Notes: a model not told the origin generated them from the letters alone. Numbered from the stretch's first letter, positions 1 to 21,015 are shown. The stretch: DNA of 64,000 nucleotides from Microbotryum violaceum (GCA_001244265.2 CDLV01000005.1:1922001-1986000), one strand, 5' to 3'. Program-made: numbers and translations.

Positions 1-800
1 GGTGAAAAGCACCTAGGCCTGCCAAGCCATCGGACTTGTCCCATATCCGATCTAGAAATTCGTAGGTTTCTAGTCTACGTTGTGAGGGTTCAAGGCCTTG
101 TAGTTGGGGGGAAAGTCGATGGAGTTCCGAAAGGCCGTAGAGGGTTCCGAGGGAGGCTCGGACCGAGTACCATTCGAGCTGCGGGACGAAAAGTGAAAAG
201 TTGGATCAGGATGTGGGGGGTTTCGTTGATATACGTGAGCTGGATAGTATTCACTCCTTGTGATTCATCGCCGGAGGCTGCGGCCAAGTCGTGGGCTATG
301 CGTGCGACGTGTTCAAAGTGGGGCAAGGGGGAAGGGAAGCGGAGGAGAGCGGAGGGGGAGGAAAGTGGGGGCGGGTCCGAGTTTGGGTGAGAGAGACGGG
401 CGTGGCGGGTTAGGGGTAGTTTTTGCGACCTATTGGGCCATTACAAATTCCTTGGACCTTTTAGCGATTGGAAATGATTGAACGACTTGTACGACACTCG
501 GATACCGTCGGCATCGGCTCAGCTCGGCTTGTATGGAATCACTTACGAGATCACTAGACCTTGACGGTTCGGATGGTTATCGCTGTTATGGATATGATGG
601 CTGGGTGCGGATGGAAGGGAAGTGAATCCGATAACTTCAGTAGGTCGAACGACGGCCGACTTGACTTGCAAGCAACCGTGGTCCAAAGCTTAACCCCCGA
701 GGGTCAAAACGGAACAAAATCCCCCGTAGTAAACACACGTTTGGTGGGTCCGGCGGTGTAAAAAAAAAAGGTGTAACCGGTGCGCGCTGCGCAATTCCTC
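1..800 (-). mobile_element. possible degenerate Gypsy-like LTR element remnant (LTR end / leader junction)
   Basis: The minus strand near 750-776 reads TTACA-CC-T-run-ACACCGCCGG, resembling the TTACA-C-T-run-CACACCGG junction after the 5' LTR of the Gypsy element at 10931. No recognisable protein domain, so extent is uncertain. Confidence 0.25.
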
Positions 801-2032
801 ACCCCGACCCCCCAGGCACATCCAACTGGCGCGCCGAGTGCGGCTCATGCATGCTCATGGGCCATCGCCTGCGCAGGCCAGACAAGCAGGCCCCCTGATG
901 CGCCAATCGTCATCCATTTGGAACTCCCCCAATCTCTCGTTTGCAATATCTTCCCGAATCGGTGGAATTGGTTTGATCCTTGCCTTTTGTGGTCGCCCTC
1001 GTCCGATCCTTTTCGTTTGATGGCAAGGTTGTCACGTCGCATCCCCGATCGTACCCCATTACGTATACGTATACATCCCTTGATGAAATATGAGATGATT
1101 TACCGGGTCCCGGAACTTTCAGGTCATCCCGCTAGTGTAGAAGTGGGATCGATTCAATTAAAACGATGGGTCTCGACTCTCGAGCTCGAACTCGAGTCTT
1201 AGCTTGGCGAGCGACTCCGCGCGCTCGCAGCCACGACGAACTCTGTCGGGCGCCGGACGCGGGCGGAAGCACCGCAGGGTCCGGTCGTCGGGGAAAGTCT
1301 CTCGAGAGGGAACATCGGCCTACCTTGCCGCCGCTTCCGGTCCTCGTCGGTCACTTGTCCGCTTGTATTAGCTTCCAATTTTTAAAAATCTTTCACCTCC
1401 GTATTCGAACAATTCGTCCAGCATCACCACAAACAACCACGAAAACCCCACGACAGCGTCAGCGTTCCTTGGGAACCGAACTAGTTTGTGCTCGCCGCCT
1501 TGTCTCACCTTTTCCCTGCGCGAAAGCGAGGCTCCTTCGGAGCCGCTCAAAGTGGTTTCTTTGTCTCACCTTTAATAAACACTTCGTCAAGTCTCACCAC
1601 TCCTTCCTTACTTTAACAAAATGGGGCTGTTCATGTCAAAGCTCTACGTAGAAGGCTCCTTCTTCCCGTGCACCGATTATTTGAATCTTTCGTGAAGCTC
1701 ATTCTTCGTGTGGTACGTTGCGGTTATTTGACTTCGCGCAACATTCGGTCCCCGAGATGATGTAAAGAGTCCTTTCTCTACCCGGTCCCCTGGGATCCGT
1801 CACCAAGATTTCGAACTCCACCCAAGCTCGTCCCGAGTACCTCAAAGGGTGAGTAACATATGCCAATGTAACCCTTCCCCCGTATCTTCAGGTCCGGCCG
1901 GGGTACGAAAAGAAGGAAGTTTGCAGTTGCTCAAGTTCTCCTCAGTGCCGCCTTGCCAGTAGCGGAAGTGGGGGTTCCAAAGGGATTGTTTTTAAGTGTA
2001 TATGATTGACAGTATGACCACGGAGGCAAGCT

Positions 2033-2965
2033 TTACATTTCGCCGATATCCTGCGAAGAACGTCCTCAAACCGTGTCAGCTCCATCCCTCACCAACGTAG
2101 AAGACGACCCCCCACATTCGAGCGACTGCCCGTCTCCTCTTTCCCGCCGTCCACAAGTGCCCAGCTGCATCACTCACCTCATTCCAAACCTCAGGCTTCT
2201 GCCTGATGAATTCCCTCATCAACCCCTTACACTTCTCCGAATCCAAATTGACGACTTCGACCCCATGATCCCTAAGGATCGATTCCCCACCGAGGAAGGA
2301 CTCGTTCTCGCCCAAAACGACCTTTTTGATCCCGTAAAGGATGATGGCACCACTGCACATGGGACAGGGGGAAAGGGTGGAGTATATGGTCGCATCTCGG
2401 TAGGCTTGGGCACTTAGTCGACCGATGTTCTCGAGGCAGTCCGTCTGTTGGTTTCGAGATGGACCAAAGTGGAAAAAGCGATGATGTCAGGGGTGGGGGA
2501 AAGATCGAACGTCGAGGAGGTTGAGAGATTCGACGAAGCTGGAGATGGGATATGAGAAGCGACGCACCTCTCCATGCCTGATCGCACTCCCTTGTTGCAC
2601 ACGTCGGTTTCGACCGACACCGATGACCACTCCATCCGATTCACGAACGAGTGCAGCTCCGATCGGCACCCCTCCTTCCTGAAGTCCGAGCTCGGCCTTT
2701 GCGCGGGTCGGAGCGAACGTGGGACCGGGCGTCAAGGTGGATTCGAGGCCAGAGCGAAGAACCGCATTTAGGTTGTAGATATGGTTGTCAAGTCAGTACA
2801 TTAGGAGCGAACCACTTCCGGATCCGATAAGATTGATCAACGCGGACCAAAACGGTCTTGGACGACGGCACTGACTTGGTAGATCGCATGAAGCATGTTG
2901 CGCACATCCGACTCTTTCGGATTCCGAGTCGGAGCCGTCTTGATAGGGTTAGAAGGAACAAGCAT
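2033..2965 (-). CDS. FCY1: cytosine deaminase (4 exons)
   Basis: The spliced product reads MLVPSNP...MLHAIYQ/AELGLQEGGVPIGAALV...AIRHGE/TDCLENIGRL...TLSPCPMCSGAIILYGIKKVVLGENESF...WNE/DIGEM*. It has HxE and PCxxC Zn motifs and GT-AG introns. Confidence 0.93.
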
Positions 2966-3147
2966 TGTTTTGAGCTGAAGAGGTTGATGTGGCGCGGTGA
3001 GTCGGAGAGGAGGGGAAGGGGGAGTTTCGCAGCTTGACATTCGAGGCGCTTCGGCCGTCTAGAAAGCTGCAACAGCGCTCACCGTCGGGAATCTGATATC
3101 TGAGGCTTGGCGCCGCAAGGTCGAGCACGCACTATCGCACCCCGCCC

Positions 3148-4236
3148 TGTATGAAAGGGGGGGGGCGGGCAAGGGGTAGGCGCCCCCCGGGGGGCCAATC
3201 CGAGACCCCCCGGGGGGACGCTTCGAGACACCCCTCGGAGTGTCGTTGATGAGATTCCCCCCGGGGGGGATCCTCAGCGTACGCGCGGAGTTGTACAATG
3301 TCTTATCCAATTACAGCACGCTGGTGCATCAGGTGCATGAGTGGTGAGGATGATGGTGGCGACGCCTTGGTGTAGTGGTGATTCGTTTGGTCGATCGTTC
3401 GGTCGATTGTTCGGTCAGAGGCTCGACGCATAATTTTCGTCTCGGGAGTAGCTCGGCACCCGCACGGTTCCGATGTAGTACAGGAGGTTTTCGCTGTTGC
3501 CCCCGCAGGACGCTGGTGCATAGAGTGCGAGGAACGGCTGCATGAGTTGTGGGGATGTTGGCGACGCCTTGGTATAGTCGTGATTCGTTCGATCAGAGGT
3601 TCAATCACAGGCTCGACGCATGATTTTCGTCTCGGGAGTAGCTCGGCACCCGCACGGTTCCGATGTAGTACAGGAGGTTTTCGCTGTTGCCCCCGCAGGA
3701 CGCTGGTGCATAGAGTGCGAGGAACGGCTGCATGAGTTGTGGGGATGTTGGCGACGCCTTGGTATAGTCGTGATTCGTTCGATCAGAGGTTCAATCACAG
3801 GCTCGACGCATGATTTTCGTCTCGGGAGTAGCTCGGCACCCGCACGGTTTCGATGTAGTACAGGAGGTTTTCGCTGTTGCCCTCGAAGGACGCTGGTGTA
3901 TCGAGTGGTGGAGGAGGGGGCTGAAGGCGGTACATTACAACAGTACCCCAGGAGGATGTGCGGTAGGTGGTTTCCCCCCGGGGGGAATCTCATGAACGAC
4001 ACTCCGAGGGGTGTCTTGAAGCGTCCCCCCGGGGGGAGACTTGTGAGCTTCCCCCCGGGGGGGATGCTCAGGGTACGCGCGGAGTTGTACAATGTCTTAT
4101 CCCATTACAGCACGCTGGTGCATCAGGTGCATGAGTGGTGAGGATGATGGTGGCGACGCCTTGGTGTAGTGGTGATTCGTTTGGTCGATCGTTCGGTCGA
4201 TTGTTCGGTCAGAGGCTCGACGCATAATTTTCGTCT
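3148..4236 (+). repeat. left terminal/subterminal repeat complex: 190-bp tandem units, ~12-bp TCGTTCGGTCGA-like repeats, six C6G6 palindromes
   Basis: GCTCGACGCAT(A/G)ATTTTCGTCTC recurs at 3421, 3611 and 3801 (period 190) and again near 4216 and 5031. CCCCCCGGGGGG occurs at 3183, 3206, 3257, 3974, 4025 and 4051. Confidence 0.92.
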
Positions 4237-4377
4237 CGCAAGCGAAAAAGGTGATTTGAAATCGAGTGAGAAGCGGGATCAAGCCTTGTGAGACGCGGTC
4301 TGTGTACCAATCAACGGGGTGTGTTTTTGGGAGTTGGGAACTGCATGTGCACGAAGTCTTGAGAGGGGGATCGATGA

Positions 4378-4982
4378 TCACGTGAAGAAGAGCGCGTCTT
4401 TGTGGTTGACGTGGACTTTGCCCAGACGACTACGATAATCGGCGAGGAGTCGTTCGCGCTGCTGCTGTTCCGCTGAAGCACCGGAGAGCGACGACATCTG
4501 CGACATGGCATCAGCACTCTCAGCCGCAAGATAGAACGCCGCGCGAGTGCACAGACGATCGGCATAGTAGGCCGGCGTCGTCACCGAAACCGATCTCGAC
4601 GCGCGAGCGTAGGTGAACGTCAGGTTGAAGGTGAGCTGTTGCCAAGCGTCGGCCGAGATCTTGGCCTCATCGAGGAGCACATTGTAGTGCGCGGAGCGAC
4701 TCGTACCTCGAAGACTGGCATGCGACTGAATGTAGAAATCGTGCTCGAATGGGGAGGTGACATCTGTTGTGGCGAGCGATCGCAGCCCACAATTGGATTA
4801 GCTGAGTTGCATGCAACCGTTGCCAAGAGCGTCGAAGAAATGACACCTACCGGTGTCAACACAAGTACCGGCCTTGACGTTGCCCGTCTTGTCGCCATCC
4901 ATGCCGCTTACAGGGAAGATGCTGAGGTGGTGCCTCTTGCCGCACACAACGAACGAGATGGTTGGATTGTAGTTCGGATCAT
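4378..4982 (-). pseudogene. Argonaute C-terminal PIWI-domain fragment with one intron (4764-4850); 5' truncated
   Basis: The spliced fragment reads DPNYNPTISFVVCGKRHH...GNVKAGTCVDT/DVTSPFEHDFYIQSHASLRGTSRSAHYNVLLDE...LTFTYARASRSVSVTTPAYYADRLCTRA...LFFT*, with hallmark PIWI motifs. There is no in-frame start, and it abuts an element repeat at 4983. Confidence 0.93.
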
Positions 4983-5120
4983 GACGCCTTGGTGTAGTGG
5001 TGATTCGTTCGGTCAGAAGCTCAATCACAGGGTCGACGCATAATTTTCGTCTCGGGAGTGGCTCGGCACCCGCACGGTTTCGATGTAGTAGAGGAAGTTT
5101 TCGCTGTTGCCCCCGCAGGA
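4983..5120 (+). repeat. additional copy of the element's subterminal repeat unit
   Basis: GACGCCTTGGTGTAGTGGTGATTCGTTCGGTCAG...GACGCATAATTTTCGTCTCGGGAG...CCCCCGCAGGA matches the units at 3361-3510 and 3564-3700. Confidence 0.9.
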
Positions 5121-5253
5121 GGCTGGCGTATGGGGTGCAGCGACACACAAGAGAAGGTTGCGGTGCAGAAGCTCAATTGGCACAACATGGCACAACATAC
5201 AAACTCGACAACTACGCTACGCAAGCTCAAACTGGACGCAAGACTGCAAATGA

Positions 5254-6695
5254 TTAACCGGAGAATTTACGCTCACGATTCGCAATTACGTTGTAGTTGG
5301 CGTCGCTCTCCGAACCTAGTTCGGTCAGCTCGGATAGGTCGAATTCAACCTCGGAAACGTGGTCGGATCCCTCCTCTGCTCCCGCCGCCAACATCGGAGC
5401 TGGACCCTTTCCCTTGGCATCCGTTTTCCTCCGCTTCCCACGGTATCTATCCTTTTCCTCCGCGGACAGTGTCAACCACTTGTTGGCACACTCGACAATC
5501 CACGCGTCCAAGACATTCTTCCTTTCGGCCTTGACGTCCGCATCGCTGAGTGGCTTGGGGGGTTCGCGACTGTGGACAAAGTTCTTCAACCCAATCGCTG
5601 GGAACCATCGTCGGAACGTGCTGTGGTCGGAGGCGAGCATATCCCAGTACTGATCGTAGGCTCGCCGCTTCGCACCGTCTAAGGGCTTGTAGGCCTTCTC
5701 GACGCGAGCAAGGCTGCGCTCCATGTCGTTTCGGCACGTCTCGGGCAACATGTCGACGGAAGGGAGGGGGCGTCGCCGTTGTTCATAGAGCGGTCGAACG
5801 ACTTCGCTGATCAGTTCCGACTGCTCACGCTTCAGGTCGACGTTGACGGGGATGGGTACTAGTCCGGCGATGGTGTCGTCATAGTCCTGGAGGCGGACCC
5901 TCCACTCCCTCAACAGTGTGGCGTCCGCCCCACCTTCCCGTGCCTTCTCCCGTAGGTATCCTTCCATTAGAACGTCCCTCCAACTGATGAGAAGGGTCAA
6001 AAGGCTCTGAGGCAGCCGTTGATATCCCTTGTGGGCGTCCCAAAGCTCATGGCGGTTCGGAGGCATGAGGTTCCGGAGGCCACCCTGGGTCGCATAGTCC
6101 CAGTCCTCGTCCTCCTGAGGGGGATCTTCCTCACCCCACGCCCGTAGGATTTCTTCGGGCTCGCACGCCAGTCGATCCGCCTTTCGTGCCTCCCACTCGT
6201 CGTGGGTCGCACGGTTCGCCTTCACCTGCGCCTCCAATGCGTCGAGTCTGGCCTTGACAGTCTTGCGGTATCTCCTCTTCAGGTTGCCAAAACCCTAATC
6301 AGATAATGAATATTGAGACAACGTGAGCCAAAGTCCACAAATGACGTAAATCATATTGATAGAAGTATTTTACCACTTACCGCTTGGACTTCAGGGTCGG
6401 TACCGATTAAGGGAAACGCCACCTCGTTGCCCCTGTACCGAGTGTCCGACGCCTTGAAGGTACAGTTGTGCTTGTCCCGGTAATGTTTCTTGATGTTTCG
6501 GACCATTTCCAGGGCGTGAACCTTCGCTACAGTGGGGGCGTTGGGGGACGTGTACCCCCCAGGCAGCTTGTAATCACCGATGCACAATCGACACCGCATG
6601 CGCCACTCGCCGGAGGGGGCGCGGACCAGGTGCGAGTCGACATCCAGCCATGCGAGATCGCCTTCCAGGGGCAGCTCCTGGGCGCGAGGAGCCAT
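5254..6695 (-). CDS. ~451-aa protein with N-terminal C2H2/BED-like Zn finger and C-terminal HMG-box-like region (intron 6295-6380)
   Basis: Exon 1 has CRLC...NIKKHYRDKH. A GTAAGT...ATTAG intron joins it in frame to the 327-aa ORF, which contains IVECANKWLTLSAEEKDRYRGK (HMG-box helix 2/3 signature W..LS.EEK..Y). Confidence 0.7.
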
Positions 6696-8326
6696 TGTGC
6701 GGCGAGAGTTGCGGGAGGGCCGACTCGGATCGACCAGACCAGACGCAACGGTAGAGATGCACGACGTCTGAAAGAAGGCCGTCGTAAGGCGTTTGTGGGT
6801 GATGCCCAGAGCAGTGAGGGGTAAGAGGGAAAGAGGGGACGAGAGGGATCACCCCGGGGGTGCGCTGTTTCGGCTCAGCCGAAGCGAAAACATAAAATAC
6901 CCTGCGAAATCCCCCCGATCCGCTCCGCGTCACCCACGCCATCACCCAATCACCCAATGCCTTTAGCCATTCATGCCAAGTTACAACCAGCATTGGCGTC
7001 TGCGAAAGACAAAGGACATCGAGTGTTTGCACGCGACAAATTGTACTGGCCACCAGGCACAGTGCCTGTTCCGGGCGTGAAGCAATACGTGGTCGGCACT
7101 CCACGCGAACTATATCAACGCTTGTGGGCAAGCGACTCAGCCCAAAACGAGAATTGCTACTATGAAATCATCGACGCTTCGCTGCCAAGCTGCTACTATA
7201 TCGATGTCGAATTTAAGCGTCCTTCAATTGACAATCCAGCCGAAATGGCGTTGTTGACGCGTAACGCAGCGTCGTATTTCCCTGGCGCTGAGCTTGAAGA
7301 TGTGGTCAGCTCGGACCTTGCGGTTTTGCGTTGGCAGGTCAGGAGTGCTGAGTTATCTCATTCATTGCTTTTCGTTTTCGTTGTTTTTCCACTTCAGCGC
7401 CAGCGAATAATCGCAGTTCTACTCTCCACCGCGGGCACGCCGTTCGAAGAACTTTACGCGGAACGAGTTCTTACCGACCTGCTGAACAAGATTCGTGTCT
7501 CACTTCGCCGGCGTCTCGGCGTCGACCTCGCGGGACGGCCAATCACCGTCCTTAGTGCTTCCACATCCTCGAAATTGTCGTTTCACATTGTCTTCCCAAT
7601 CGGGATGGACTCACATCTTACATCGTCCGCGGCACTCTCGTTCGAGCTCGCTTCAGCAATTCGCGGATTTTGCATTCAATCCTTGTCCGATATGATCAAA
7701 GACAACATACCGGATCGGATGATCGCCATTTCGCCATCGCTCCTATTTCTGCAGCTGACAGGGCAAGGAAAGGGATCGTACGTGTTTGATCTTGTTCCTT
7801 ACGGCCAACATCAGCTCTATCGACTCGGTGGCAACTCCAAAGCGCGGCAAGGAAGACCACTCCGGCCTGTACTAATGCCAGATCAGGCGACTCGAATCAT
7901 CGGTGACAACGATATGCGGTTTCGATTTAAGGACGTCTTCCCTACGTACACCACATGGTATCGAACATTTGTCCAGTCGGAGGGGATGGATATCATCTTG
8001 AACGAGACCCACCAGCCATTCACCATCAGCTTCCACCCGGCACACCCTTGGTCAACTCACGTCGCCAATGCCGGCTGCAATATCCTGGTGCGGGCTGATG
8101 TCGGCGCAATGGATTCCGCAACTGCGGAACGGCTTGCTGAACGTGCAAGACGTCGCAGGGACACGGACCGAGGCAACCAGGTACAGGCTCGCAGCGCTCG
8201 CAGAAGGGAAGTTGATGCAGAGGTGAATTCGCATATTCTCGAGGACACAGCGGCGATCGTACTTGATGACGGTACCACCACCAAACAATTCAATCTGATC
8301 ACGTTTGGGTTGTTGTGGGAAATTAG

Positions 8327-8491
<165 letters not shown>

Positions 8492-8587
8492 TAGTCGCTC
8501 TGTTACAGTCGATTGACCTTTAGCGACCCATTATCTCACAATAGGTCATCTATCGACGTCACGTAACTAGAGACGCTCCTACAATAA

Positions 8588-10306
<1,719 letters not shown>

Positions 10307-10309
10307 TGA

Positions 10310-17249
<6,940 letters not shown>

Positions 17250-20000
17250 TAGTCGCTCTGTTACAGTCGATTGACCTTTAGCGACCCATTATCTCACAAT
17301 AGGTCATCTATCGACGTCACGTAACTAGAGACGCTCCTACAATAACATGGGTCAACGGTTTACTGTCCGCGATGCGAATCCAAGGACACACCGGAGGGCC
17401 ACCAAGGTATTGGAGACCCTGTACGCGCCTTTTCCGAATTCTCCATACACCTCGCGGCGGTATGCTGACCATGCAGCAATTTCTTACTCTCAGAGTGCGC
17501 GAGTTTTCCCAACCGATGCGGGCGATCGAGCCCTCCATTGCTTCAGTTGCCGATCGACGTTGTTTGCCGCCACTACCTTCAAACGTGACCCCATGCAAGT
17601 TCTGCCAAATGAACGCATCGTGTTCACTGACCCCACGTGGCGTATCAATTCTCACGGACGGACCGACCTGAGTGTTGCTGCGGGCGTTCGTCTGTTGGCA
17701 ATTTCGGCCGCCACAGGGTTGGGAAAGTCGACCTTCATTCGCAGTATCCTCAACGACAGGCTGCGCGCCACTGTATGCGCAATGTCCTACCGCGAGTCCA
17801 TTGCCAAGTATCAGGCTCAGGAATGGAATCTGACGAACTATAAAGAGGATGGGGCATTCACCGAGCACAATGTAGCGCGGATCTCGACCTGCATCCATTC
17901 GATTACGCGAATACCGACGCATATGGCGTACGACATTGTCGTTCTGGACGAGGCGGATGCAATTAGGATGAGTTTGGGCGATTCAACCATGGACAGGCGG
18001 TACCATTTGGTGAGTGCAAGTGCATGTCTGTAGTTCAGCAATCCAATCTGCTAACTAACTGGCGTTTTCCAGGTGTATCAACGTCTTTGCGGTATCATGC
18101 GCTCGGCATCGCTTGTCATCCTGCTGCAGTCCGACCTGTCTCAAGATGTCGTCACTTGGGCTTCCGACCTTTGCATGGTGGATGCAGAGGACCGCTCCTT
18201 CGTCCAACGATCCTGTATTATGACACCACGAAGGCTTTACCCAATGGCTTCGTCCGATGATCTTGGCGTCGTTCTTGCCCAACTTCAGCATTTCTACAAA
18301 TCAAATTGGGATCCACGCCGATCTCGAGCAAGGTTCCCGACGCTCGTATTTTGTACCAGAAAACGTTTGCAGCCTCCTTATACGCCATGTTCAAGAGCTT
18401 TTGTACGCCCGAGCAGCGCCCAGGTATTCGTCTCGTGACCCGAGATACCTGCGCCCAAGACGACTGGGTCCAAGGTTTTATCAAGGATCCGAATGCGGAA
18501 ACGTCCGGAGCCGATATTGTGTTCGCCAGTCCTGTGCTCTCGGCGGGTCTTTCGCTCGACTGTCACTACACAGCGGGATTCTATTTTCTGCACAAGGGCA
18601 TCATCGCACATGACGCTGAATATCAAATGACTCAGCGACTCCGACACCAGGCACGCACTGATGAAATGCATGCCTACGTATACGCCTACATCGAAAAGGG
18701 GTGCGGCGACGAAAATCTGGCGTCCAAAGAACGGCTCTCCCAAATGTACTTCTCACTTGTCAGTACCGCTCGCACGGACGCTGGCATAGGCTTGGGCCTG
18801 GGTGGTGCGGGAAGCTTTCGTTTGCAAATCCAAGCCGAGGCCGCCGCGGAATTTGCTGATTCCCGGAATCGACACGCTTGGTTGTGGCAAGAACGGTACA
18901 ATGGCCACGTACTGGTGAAGATTGGCGGTGCCGAAGTGCCCATCACGTCGTCGGAGGCCGAGCGGCGAATCTTCTGGCTGTGCTCAATAAATACGTCAGG
19001 AATCGCTCCATCTGCGTGGCAAATTGGCATCTGGAAGATCCGCTTGCCGATTTACGGGCCGTGGCAGATGGGGAGCTGCACGCGGAGGTGGCATCACAGG
19101 TCCTGTTTGAGGCCTCCATCAAGGCCGACATGTTGATGGACGCCCTGATACGCAGCAATCGTTTCAAGGACGACATCTTACGTGACGTGGCTGTTCGCTT
19201 GCAACATGAATGCACCGCTCACCACGCCCCATGGCTGGGGGCTTTCGCGTTCGACCGTTGGCTTTCACTGGTGCTTTTTGAGACGGGGCTCAAAAAGGAC
19301 CCCTGGATGTGGCGCAGCAAAGCGATTGGGGGCGTTTCAAGGCACGCCTCTGCCTTGGCTGGGTCAGAGCTCTTACGAGCGATGCAAAATTTCCTTTACA
19401 CTGATTTCGCCATCGATGGCGATCGCGATCTCGGGATTATCGCGCCTGGCGACACGATAGACTTGTCCGAGGGCTCCGAGGATGAACGCAGGATCATGGA
19501 GTTCCGTCTGCGTTGCGCGAATCCACAAAGTGCTGAATATCGTCTGTGGAATGCGACGAACCAGAAGAAAATCGTCGCAGGGGATAAGGGCGTATATAAC
19601 ACAGCGTACAAGTTTATCAAGAGGGTTTATCACCTGGGTTGCGGTGTGCCGCTGCGGCGCTCCGCGGACGGCAGCGGCGCCACTTGGTCTAGCGATTATC
19701 TGAACTGCACAGTTCTTGCGTTGCTAGCCACACGCCATGATTCCCTGATCGAGGACTGGCATATGCTAAGGAGCTACGATCTGGACTGTGCCGTCGAGAG
19801 GGCTGAGGCAATCTTGGACGAGTGGTCACACTCGAATGTAATGCCCATGGACGTAGAGGACGTAGAGGACGTGGAGGATGAGGCTGGCGAAGGTGAAGGC
19901 GATGTCGATGAACTGCTACCGCGCCTGCAATAAATGATATTGATTCTTGAACTTCATTTCCGTGAACTGTCGATTGAATGACGACTGGGTAGCGGAAATG

Positions 20001-20280
20001 GAGACGAAAATCATGCGTCGAACCTGTGATCGAGCCTCTGACCGAACGATCGACCGAACGAATCACCACTACACCAAGGCGTCGGCCCCCTCATCCTCAC
20101 CACTCATGCACCTGATGCACCAGCGTGCTGTAATGGGATAAGACATTGTACAACTCCGCGCGTACCCTGAGGATCCCCCCGGGGGGAAACCACCTACCGC
20201 ACATCCTCCTGCGGTACTGTTGTAATGTACCGCCTTCAGCCCCCACCCCTTGCCCGCCCCCCCCCCCCACCTTTCATACA
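20001..20280 (-). repeat. right terminal inverted repeat of the PrimPol-helicase element
   Basis: The reverse complement matches 3148-3178 at the tip and 3916-4236 internally. It contains a single C6G6 palindrome at 20175-20186. Confidence 0.9.
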
Positions 20281-20322
20281 GGGGGGGGGGGGGGGAGGGA
20301 GGATGTGTGTGTGTGTGTGTGT
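20281..20322. repeat. poly-G run followed by (TG)n microsatellite
   Basis: G15 followed by a TG dinucleotide run, directly visible. Confidence 0.9.
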
Positions 20323-21015
20323 GGGTGCGGACGTATCTGGCCGGATGGGAGCGGGTGGCGCCCCGAAAAAAACAGCCGAGTGGTTAAAGAATATTACGCG
20401 TTTTTTTTGGGCCGCCCCGCCCGCCGGCCAGCCGAGATTTTAACTGTTCACAATGTCATTATCTGGCATATTGATCTCTGCCGAATCCTAGAATAGCAAC
20501 TTAGGCTTGTTCCTTTCCGTTCTTTGGCAAAATGTAGACAGCGATTACATAGATCGTGTCACCTCCGTCGGGCCGGGTTTGCAGCCTGAGTCCTGAGTGG
20601 GTGTTATCTTGCCGACGCCTTGCGCGCGTTGCGCCAGCGTCTGCGTGCCTGCGCCGGTCGTTTCCCCGCGCTGCTCAGGCGCTCAGCAGGGCTGCCCACC
20701 ACGATCACAGCAAACCCACTCGACAAGGTTGGCACCGTACAGCGCTTCTTCGGCAGCAAAACGGGGCTTGCGGCTCACCACAACACTCGGACTGGTTGTA
20801 TCCGTGCTTTCAAAAGAGTGAATACGCCTCACTAGGCTACCGAATAGTGGTTGCCTGCGGGACCCAGCAACTCGTGTGCGGACCCGGCCGCTGAGCTCGA
20901 GGTCTCAGCCGTCGCCGCCGCCGCCGCCAGACGATCCCGAGACGCCGAGCGCAAGTGATCGGTGCGACCACCTTGTCCGCCGTTCTTGGAGTGCACACTG
21001 TTTGCGTGAACGACC

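Noticed and set aside
3421-3900. Regular repeats as a CRISPR array
   Set aside because: Whole 190-bp units repeat with no unique spacers, the context is eukaryotic, and there are no cas genes.
3059-4141. Multiple 80-170 aa ORFs in the left repeat block
   Set aside because: They are repetitive translations of the tandem units with no domain signal.
4378-4982. Functional full-length Argonaute gene
   Set aside because: Only the PIWI C-terminus is present. There are no PAZ or MID exons and no start codon, and upstream is element repeat.
5254-5500. HMG mating-type transcription factor
   Set aside because: It has only a partial HMG-like signature, sits inside a repeat-bounded element, and has no other MAT genes nearby.
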